Under the pieces are notes generated by a model that worked only from the letters and a program-made list of their open reading frames with translations, searched no databases and was not told the origin of the DNA. DNA of 64,000 bases, from the NCBI GenBank assembly GCA_009103225.1, contig RHPI01000797.1:843723-907722 (forward strand). Reading direction: 5' to 3'. Positions 54,442 through 64,000 of this stretch are shown in pieces (the stretch's first letter is position 1; every line of letters begins with the position of its first letter). This DNA is from Chlorokybus atmophyticus (taxonomy: Eukaryota; Plantae; Mesostigma and Chlorokybus algae). Made by a program: the position numbers and the translations under genes.

Positions 54442-55578
54442 GGCGACGAGGTGGCGGTAGAGAACAACGTGGAGGACAATGAGAAGGTCCGCACCAAGGT
54501 GGGGAGAAGAGCAGAGTGTGCCAACGCACTTGTCCGCCTGAGCACGCCACTCAATGCGCAGAGTTCACTGCTTTTACACGGTAGCAGGCAGAGCAATGTA
54601 GTGGCTGGCCGCCAGCGACACCCACTACACCGACAACAACGACGCCGCCGGCACCTTTGCGCATGCAAGCGCAACAGCCGCCAAGTGACCGCACAACATC
54701 CACAAAGCGGCGCTGGACTGATTCAAGTTGCCCACCCGCACATGCACAACTGACCGACTGTTGCTCTCAACAGCACAATGCGCCGCCAAGAGAAATGCCT
54801 GCTGTCTGCCTATGCCTGGGAGCTAGCCCCCGGTATTTATATACGCATGTGACGCCCACTTTTCTGGAATTCATTTGTGGAGTTTTTCCTGGTGTTGGAA
54901 CTTTTCAAGGGCAGGTGGTGTTCCGTCTCTCATGAGTCGTGTCAATCATAGGCGAAGCGGGATGAGTGACGGAGTGACGAGCTCATTTGTTCATGGCGGA
55001 GAGATTTTCTGGAATTGACTTACCTGGCCTTGACTTGGTGCATGCATCCAGTGGAACTTGCTCTAACAGGGGCATGGCCCCCTTTTTTGGTACACCGTAC
55101 TCCAGCAATTCGCTTTGCTCCAATGTAAGGCCCTGCACTCATAATGCAAAGCGTCGCAAAGTGCCCCATCTGCCTACACGTGTAACGGTTACAGGGGCTG
55201 CTGGCAAAAAGCCTTCAGGGGAGATTAGGAGGAAGCGCCCTAAGCCTTAATTCTTGAACATGAAATCATTTGAGATCTATGAAGCTATAGCTTTGTAGCT
55301 GTGGCTCGCGGCTCTTTTGCGGCGGAGCCTTCATGCAAGTTTTGCAATTCAGCATTCAATATTTATTATGGCGCAAAAATGACCTGCATGGCTTGTCGTT
55401 TTGCCGGCAACGGAGAGCTTAGCTGCCACCCTCATCCAGCCACGGGCGCGCAGTTTGCCGCCACCTGTGCTGTCCTCGCCCCCTCGTAACCACTCGGACC
55501 AGTAGAGACTCGTCACCTCGTCACCTGCCAAGCTTGGGAGCGCAAGTCGGTCAGTCCCTTACCGTCAATGCCAAGGTA

Positions 55579-55629
55579 CTAGGGAAACAACCGGGGACGT
55601 GCGCGTCCCTGGTACGTCCCCGGTTGTTT
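55579..55629 (-). mobile_element. Canonical Helitron-type 3' terminus of a separate, probably non-autonomous element extending to higher coordinates
   Basis: On the - strand: GC-rich palindrome GGGACG-CGCA-CGTCCC (55609-55594), 11 nt, CTAG (55582-55579), then T. It overlaps a perfect 16-bp inverted repeat (55585-55600 / 55614-55629). Confidence 0.55.
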
Positions 55630-57439
55630 TCGGGCCCCTGTCTCCAACGGCAAGGGCAACGATCTGCCGGGAGATCTGCGTCCCCGGGGTTAACTGTCAT
55701 TGCAACTGTAATACAGGCTGGTCCAGCCTGTTACAGTGACAGTCGGTAGGCCACTCTCGGTTCTCCAGCGATTGCGTCCTTAAGCGCTCCGATTGAAGAC
55801 AGCTTTATTTTATTACTCAACTCTTAAGGTCATGCAAATGTCTTTGAAGGTGCTGCAAATTCAATGCGAGATACCTTGAGTATTTGTTGGCAACATACGC
55901 AATGCGCAATCTGCTGCACTTTTTTGCTTAATGCTATGTTCTTTGCCATACCATGGCTATGACTGTGCAAAGAGCTGACATTATTAACCGCAGCTTCAAC
56001 CCACAATAAAGATGCGTTTAATAATGTCAGCTCAATGACGACTTGATGTAAAAAAAGCCATAACTGTGCATCGAGACAATGCTAACATATTTGCCATACA
56101 TATCAGCTTATGTGTCATACCCATTACAAGCAACTCAAACATCATATAAGATTTTCACACATGTAGCTATCATTATCTTTCGACATGATTTATCGGTTAC
56201 ACGATATATTGTTTATAGGAAATGAAATGAAAAAAGATCTATTTAACATTATATACTTGGTATTGAAGACTACGCTTGAAGTAAAAGTGCAAGATGTGTT
56301 GATTACCTAAAGATCAAGATCAAATAAACAACGCCTCATATACTTTGTGCATATTATTAAAAACATGTGTAAAGCAATGTGTTGACACCAATTGAAGCAA
56401 CTTTAGCCCACATTCAAGCAAAGAAAAAACCGTATAACAAGACTGTCACATAATGTAACATTTGTACGCATTTGACTATTATCTGCTAAAATGACTTATT
56501 TTGTTCACCATATATATGTATTTTAAGAAAATCTACATGTATACAAAGCGTAGACTACACACATCGCTTTTGATCGATCTTCTGAAAACTACATTCACAT
56601 AAATTAATCCTCTAACATGTACATTTCCATCAAAAACAATGCAAAAAGCAAGTATTTGCACGATAATGATTGTGACTCGCTATGTGTTATGGCTGTTCAC
56701 AAACATGAAGCAGCAAACAAGCAACCCACTCGAAGCAGTGATCGTGACACATAACCTCAACTGCAGTTCACATATACCGGTCGGTTACTGGGTGCATGCT
56801 GTAACTTACAGCCCTACATGATGCATTCACAACGGTGCTGCTGCCGTTTACCGGGCTTTGCAGTGACGGGGTCTATGGACTACACACCTCACGTGAGGTG
56901 CCGGGTAGCCAACAGCGCGCCGATTTGAGATCTGCAAACCGTTGTTGGATAAGTTGCCGCCAAAGCATTATCTGGCTTAGCGCGAATCGTACACTGAACC
57001 AGTAGTGTCACTACCGGTGACTCACTGATAATAGCGGTGTAACCCAGCTTGTAACCCAGATTTACAGGGTCACAGAGGAGTTAGGAACGGTGCGTAGTTG
57101 ACGAACCTCGGTTAGTGGGTGGTTACGAGGGCTGCATAGGCTGTTGCGGACCTGGTGACGGCCCCGGTCGGGTTGTCTTGAGTGGCCGACACATGCGCAA
57201 TGCATGCAAGCATGTGATTAACCACATGCTTGCATGCAGTGCACGTGTCGCCACCGGTCATAAGAAGATCGTAGTCGCCATCTGAGGCGGCTGTTTGCGG
57301 TCGACGGCCTGGATGGCCACCAACAGCTCGTCTAATCCCAGTCGACGCTTTCGACCGCGGGACGAGCGAGGACCAGCGAGGGCACTTCACAAACTGTTTG
57401 TAATTGCATGTTGTGAAGTTAAACACGCAATTTGTGCTT

Positions 57440-57950
57440 GGGATGTATGATCTACTCTCTAAGCTTGTGACTCACACTCACAAGTTGTGAGCCTCATGCC
57501 ATTTGCAGCTTGTGACCTTCACAAGCTGCATTGAGTACACACATCCATGATCACTTTATGCACAGAGCGCAACACAACATCGCTTTGTAAATGACTCACA
57601 TCACATTGCAGTTATTACACATCACGAATTGCAAGTCGATCACCATGATCATCCACAAGTTGCGAGTGTGATTCCCTATGCAACTTACGGCACTCCACAG
57701 CTTGGGGGATGTATGAACTACTCTCTAAGATTGTGAGTCACAAGTTGTAAGCCTCATGCTATGGCTTGTAAACGTTACAAGCTACGTATAATACATGGAC
57801 TGTATTATGTATAGAGTGTTATCAAATAACATTTTATTATACTATATGCACAAAGCGCAAACAACATCGTTTTTTCGGTGACCCACATCACATTTTATTA
57901 AACACACCTCACGCAATAAATGTCGTTCAACCAACAGTATTATATCAAGG
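57440..57950. repeat. Diverged tandem duplication, ~265-bp unit x2
   Basis: ggatgtatga.ctactctctaag.ttgtga.tcac...aagttgt.agcctcatgc and tatgcaca.agcgcaa...acaacatcg.ttt...ac.cacatcaca at ~57440 and ~57705. Confidence 0.75.
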
Positions 57951-59733
57951 TTCACCACAAGGACACGAGATTTACAAAGCTATTTCACACGCCGTAATTG
58001 ATTCATCAGAGCTCTTACATTGAAACCTTTGCCTTTTATAATATATCATGGGGTGGGCAGATATCAAGGCGGTGGAGGGAGGGGAGAGTGATTAATAACA
58101 ATTGCGGGCGAGGAGTATTCAATCGAGTGGCGCGAGCCTTGCATGTAAAGTATTATGTAGGTTGAGATGCAAATGATGGGGGCAATAAGCATCCCAATTT
58201 CCCTTGGGGCAACGAGGATTTATGAAAAACGAGGGGAGTGCAATTGGTATCGAAAATAACTTTCATACCAATTGGTTTGAATTTGACCAAAGCAGAGGGG
58301 GGGGGGAGGGGATATGTTATAAAAGCTTTAAGTACAAAAGTTTATGCCTTTGCAAAGCGGTTTAACAATAGCGTGGGCTCCCAGTTAGTGGATAATTGTG
58401 ATCATCGTGGCTGATGACTTTGTGCTGTGTAATATGTGCCATATATATCGTAGAGACACGTACATTACAACCTACACCCATTTTTGCAATGTTGACCACA
58501 AAAGTAATTAACGCATTATTATAATTGTAACAAAGGCTCGTAATACCTGATTATAATGACAACCCACGGCACTTAAGAAATAAGTTGTAATGTATGGGTC
58601 ACTACGGTATATATGATTATAACACATTATCACATTTCTGTTTCCGCTTGTTGTAGCACTTTTGCCACTCAGCCTTAAATGAAGAGTTTCAATTGCGACG
58701 ACATTGAGGACGCCATGACATGGCGACCACGTTACGCGCGCGCTTTGTGAAAGGTATGTGTTACAGGGTCACATGGGGTTATTGGCGCTATAAACATAGT
58801 TACTAATCTTGCATAAAGCATGCTAGTAGGGCATTTTATTATTTATTTTTACTATAAACAATTATTACCAAACGAGCAATTTATGTTGCTACAATACCAA
58901 TGAGTTTAAGATACTTAAGCTTAATAACAATACTTTTACAAATGTATGCAATTCAACCGTCATTGGTTAATTCAATTGATAATCGCACATATTAAGCGCG
59001 TGGTTAATTTATTTGTAGCAGACATTCATATGCGTAGTAGTAGAGTCTAATGTGTTATATGAGTATGTAGTGCTTTCACACACTATGACGGCATCAATGT
59101 GAAGTGATGCGTGTCAAAGAATATATTGACAATATATGTGCGCGATAATGCGCTTTGAAGCATAAGATTACTTGTTAATAAGTTTTATAATATTGCGTGC
59201 ATCGATCATTCAATCCATGCATAAATGTGCAATGTTTATGGTACAAACAATTTGAAGATTCAACAACAACCAATTACCGTGACCAACATTGATGGTAAAC
59301 AACAAATCGGCACCCATAGTGTAAGACATACTGATATGGCATATACACACGAAGTGTTTTGATTTAAAAAGAGCATATGCGCATTTGCTATACAATGTCA
59401 AACGTTGCCGGCATGCATGAACACCGGAGGGGTTGGGCATTAAGATTGAGATTCCTATGTATATGTGATTAAATTAAAGTATCATGCATGCACAACACCA
59501 GCTGGGGGTGGGATTAAGGTCAAGGTTCCTACATGAATGTGAATGACAAGCCACTTGCAACGTGGTACAACAACTTGGTGGGTGCAGTGCAAGGGGGAAC
59601 AAAACATCTGAAAAGCCGCATACAAGGTTGTGCAAAGGGGCACATGCAGTTGCAATCTGATACAATAGCAACTACAATACCAGCCATATGCTAGTCCATA
59701 TATATGTATTACTTACAACTATGTACAAACACA

Positions 59734-60833
59734 CTAGTCATCAAAAAAGATCTGTATGATGGAACGCACAAGGATTACAGACAAGGCTAGTATAAGCGCA
59801 CCCGCGACTGCGTTGGGCCCCAACCTGTCGTCGAATGGCCCTATCTCTAAATGGTGTAAAGCGTACGCACGCATGTAGAACATCCACGCCGCATACACAG
59901 CAAACACGATTGCGACAGGGAGCAGCACGATGCCTACAAAAGACATCACTTGTGCAGTCAGCGGAGACATCTGTGGATCCATGGCGAAGGTGGACACTGC
60001 GGCGCCAATGCTGCCAATGGTCACAACAACATGTAGCCAGCGCAGGAATGTGCGTTCATTTGAGAAGAACGCCTGCCAAAGGAAGCATTCAAAACAAGGT
60101 CAAACCTATGCAGTTTGAACAGAAGATATAAACTGCATACCACAACTTGAATGCAAGCCAGACAGTACACAGAAAGCTGTTGCTTGAGGGCAAAAGCTTT
60201 GTAGTTGGAATACATGCTTGACACAAGTAGGGTTGCATGCTCGTATGAACATGCAGCACGGCAAAGTGTGATACATCGCTCGAATATCCCGCACACTACA
60301 CATGTGTGCACTGAACGATTCCGGTTGCATGCACAGTAGCAGCAGTGTGATACACTGCACGGCCACAGGGTCACCCTCCAACTCATCAACCAAGACAAGT
60401 GTAATAACTACAGTGACGCTGCCAATGTTGGCTACTCAGCTCAAGCGGGAAACCGATGTCACAGCACACTACTGCTAATCCTGCTCAGTGCATGCAGGGC
60501 ACCGGGCATTGTCGGTGTTGTACTGTTGACTCCTATGTGGAACGATATTGACTTGTTTCAATCAATCCAACGGAAACGTGCTGTTGTTGTTTTCAACAAA
60601 ACGTGGTGGTAAGTAGCGGCATGGCCATGCAAGCGCACCTTGGGAGAGATGCGGGACGGCGGGAGGTCGGTGGACTGAATATTGCGGCTGTAGAAGAAGC
60701 CGCAGCAGCCTCGCGAAGCCTCGTTTGTCTTGGCCGCAGCCGTCTTCGCGGCCACCCCGGAGCTCAGCCCCATCAAGTCTATCCTCGCCTCCGTCCGCCC
60801 CAAGAAGGGGTGCCCGTCCAACCGCCCCGCCAT
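59734..60833 (-). CDS. VTC1: Vacuolar transporter chaperone 1-like (DUF202) protein, paralog B
   Basis: SRISPK|AFFSNERTFLRWLHVVVTIGSIG, three hydrophobic helices and GPFDDRLGP; same intron position as paralog A. Confidence 0.85.
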
Positions 60834-61196
60834 GGCGAACAAGCAGCACGTCGTCTCCTCCTTTTCCTGGGTTCTCCGTGCAACGCACAGAGGCAATGCC
60901 TGCAACCACGGCGGCGGCGACGCCTACGACAACAACGCCGACAAAACTTGACGCTGCGAAAGACAGAGTGTTGGCTTCTATTCGCTGAAGCAGCGAATGT
61001 ACCAAACCACACTCTCGCTACCTTAGCGGAATTCGGACCTCATGTGCAGCAGGCGCAGTAGCGAGAGTCTCGAATTTCTGCAGTTCACTACAGTGAGCGC
61101 ATTACTACGGAATCGGCTGCTGCTTGCATGTCAGCGGTGGCGGTGGCGGTGGCCCGGACTGCGGCGTGCGGCGTCTAGCAGGCATTTTGCTGTCTC

Positions 61197-62517
61197 ATGC
61201 TTGCTGTTACGCTGTACCGGAGCCTGGTGCCATACAGAGCAGCGTTGAAGCTTCTGGAAGAGCTCGCTGCCTTGCGAAGAAAAAACGAGGTGCGTGTGCA
61301 GTACGACAGCTGCGTTTGTTCTGCAGTATTTGCATGCAAACAGCATGAACCAGCTGCTCTTACACTTTACGGACAGACACTTGAATCACTTACGGGTTGC
61401 CGCAAGCACTACAATGTGACACACACAAGCATTCAAGCATGCACTATTGGTTGATCATACATACGGACCGAGTCAATTGCAGACGGGTTACTGCAACAGC
61501 AAGCTTCATAGTCAACTCCAACAGACAGCACACTTGTTCCGGGCTTGCCAGAATAAGCATACCTTACCTAAGGTGTTGCATGCGTTTGAGCAGGTGTGCG
61601 ACCAGCTTCTGGTTCTACAGCACGAGCCGGTCTACACTGTGGGCAAGCGGGCGACGACGCACAACCTGCTCGTGTCGGAGGAGGAACTTGCCAGCAGAGG
61701 CGCGGAGCTCGTGCACACGCGCCGTGGAGGCGACATCACCTTCCACGGCCCTGGCCAGGTTCACATGCAAGCTTTGGGCTGAAGTGTGTCTAGATGATTA
61801 CGTGCACTAGTTGGTTTACTGTCTTTTGCTGCCCTGAAGTCTGTGATGGCTTGTTGTGGACATGTCTGTGATGGCGATGTAGTGGCTGCTCTACCCGACG
61901 GTGAAGTTGAAGGAGAGGCAGCTTGGAGCCCGCCAGTATGTGGAGGCGCTGGAGGATACTATGATCACGACAGCCGCTGAGCATGGCATTGGGGTGCGAG
62001 CATCAGCACTGGAACAATATATGTTTGCATGCACACTATTACGCATTTGCAACTGTACTTGTGTGGGCGCACATGCATGGAGCGTACTCAATTGAGTGAA
62101 CACGACACTAGATGTCATGTTGACATGTCCGGTGTTGTGGCATGTAAGGCGAGGGGACGGATGAAGCTTGAAACAGGGGTATGGGTGGAGGACAGGAAGA
62201 TTGGTGCGATTGGGGTGCAAATCTCTGCCGGTGTGGCATCGCATGGACTAGCCTTCAATGCCTGTCCCAACTTGAGGTCAGAGCCAGACATGGGTCACAC
62301 CTTTGCTGCAGAGCCGTCAATGAAGCAGTGTGTGTTCAGGTGGTACAACAACATAGTGCCATGCGGCATTGCGGGTAAAGAAGTCACATCATTGCAAAAG
62401 GAGCTGGGTCGGGACATTGACATGCATCAAGTAGGCATGCTGTTGATGACAAACTTCTTCAATCACCTTCGCTACAACCAGATGTCATTGATTGAGGCAA
62501 GGAGTCTTTCTAGCTGA
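61197..62517 (+). CDS. LIP2: Octanoyltransferase (lipoyltransferase LipB/LIP2); start approximate
   Basis: LVLQHEPVYTVGKR; RRGGDITFHGPGQ; LLYP; YVEALEDTMI; TGVWVEDRKIGAIGV; HGLAFN; IVPCGI; VTSL. Confidence 0.95.
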
Positions 62518-62853
62518 TCAGTTTGAATGACGCATTGTGACCACTATGTGGTTGCTGCATGTTAGAGGAAGCACACCATGGGCTTTGGAAAAGCCCAGTC
62601 CTCGCAGTAAGCATGCACATATCAGCATGTGAGGACGTCTGCGCATCACCCACATTTGTGTGCATGCAAGAATAGCCAATGTGCAAAGATCACATATATC
62701 CACGGATTGGCACTCAATGTCCTGAGGCAGTCCACTGGGTCTCCTAAATTCTGTTGACTAAATACAGGCAGCTCACCTCTATAACACCGCATGCCAAGCG
62801 CCCGCATGTCTGTCAGTTGGAGGGGTTGCAGGATGCAAGAGACAAGGCTGTCC

Positions 62854-64000
62854 TCAAACAGTGATGTTTGTGACAGATGCTTTCCTATCGACGCGTTTCA
62901 TGATGCCCGCAATGACCTGCCGCCGCATGCTGGTGTTGATGGCACAGCTGGCAAACAACTGGCCGTGTGAACAACATGATTGCAAGCATCCTTGGCACAT
63001 TACACCGTATGCCATACCTTGCCGGGCCCGAGCTCATAGGAGTTGGACAGGCCTTTGCTTAGCAACGTCTTCAGTGTTGTTTCCCATTGTACTGGTGATG
63101 TCAGCTGCAACCGCGCAAGTCAATGTGTTGATAATTGTGACCACGGACAAGCCAGAATGCGATATTATGTTGTAATGCATGCTGCAAGGCCCACTACTTA
63201 GCAAGTTCCAACCTGTTGTGCAAGGATGGACTTGATTACTTCAGGGTCAGAGTGCGGCTTGACGTCCACATTGGACACGACGGGAATGCGGGGCTTCGAT
63301 ATGGTTGTACTCGCAAGGGCCTCGGCAAGCGCTTCTGATGCTGGAGCCATGTACCTGCCGCAGAAAGGTATGTGACATGCATATTAAGCATAAACAACAC
63401 AAACAGTGGCCGGAGTTGTGGAGGAACAGGTAGCAGGTGCAGAAAGGGAGGTGCTGCTTGTGCCTCAAGCAGTATGTGGTTCTCTTACCTTGTGTGGAAG
63501 GCACCGGCAACTGCCAGGCGCACCGTCATCTTAGCGCCAAACGACTTTGCAAGTTTTTCCACGGCTTCGCACCCAGCTATGCCACCTGATACCGCATAGT
63601 TGCCCTGTTGGACACAACACTGCTTTGTTGGCCATATTGCAAGCAGCCAAGACTTGCCTTGAGCACGCCAATGCTCATCACAGTACGAGGCAATAAACAG
63701 AAGCAACAGCCCAACATGCACTGACCGGGCACAGGTAGTTGGCCAAAACTATGCCGTTTTCAGCGCCAGCTTCCTCAGTTGCTGCTTTGCATAGCTCTGA
63801 GACCTGCATGCATGCCCATGGTTGCCACCAACGTTCCCTGGTACTGACACAACTCGCATCAAGAGGTGCAAGCGTGAAGTCAGGCACCCTACCTTGTCTG
63901 AGTCCAACCCGATGACGCTGACCATTCCACTTGCTGTTGCGTCTGCTGCCGCCTGTCAGGCAGCTGCGGTAAGACGCAATCAAAGACACCCCTCCCCCCC
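62854..64000 (-). CDS. fabD: Malonyl-CoA:ACP transacylase (FabD), 3' exons only; gene continues beyond the window
   Basis: AAADATASGMVSVIGLDSDK; LANYLCP; GNYAVSGG; RLAVAGAFHT; YMAPA; PRIPVVSNVD; LTSPVQWETTL; YELGPGK|VIAGIMKRVDR; stop TGA 62854-62856. Confidence 0.93.

Overview
Eukaryotic nuclear DNA, most likely from a green alga (inferred from a plant-type U6 snRNA, a peroxisomal serine:glyoxylate aminotransferase, a transit-peptide-like N-terminus and short GT-AG introns). It uses the standard genetic code, is rich in CA/GA microsatellites and has three assembly gaps. Host genes: TRF4/PAP2-like nucleotidyltransferase (5' partial), U6 snRNA, a secreted bacterial-like six-hairpin glycosidase, YEATS (Yaf9/GAS41), SGAT/AGT1, an FNR-like FAD/NAD oxidoreductase, a GH9 endoglucanase with an SPPP linker, two oppositely oriented VTC1-like (DUF202) paralogs, a secreted G8/CEMIP-like protein, octanoyltransferase LIP2 and malonyl-CoA:ACP transacylase FabD (partial). 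The most notable region is ~24.7-35.4 kb, a Helitron2/Helentron-like module. It contains a frameshifted, C-terminally truncated RepHel, an apparently intact five-exon GIY-YIG endonuclease gene with N-terminal helical repeats, and an apparently intact coiled-coil/RING gene bracketed by ~100-bp inverted repeats. Every gene boundary in the module is marked by arrays of 10-bp-period CATATG/CATATC-type repeats. A separate canonical Helitron 3' end lies at 55579, and a candidate structured RNA or terminal element lies at 35217-35366. Exon structures were read by eye; no database searches were run.
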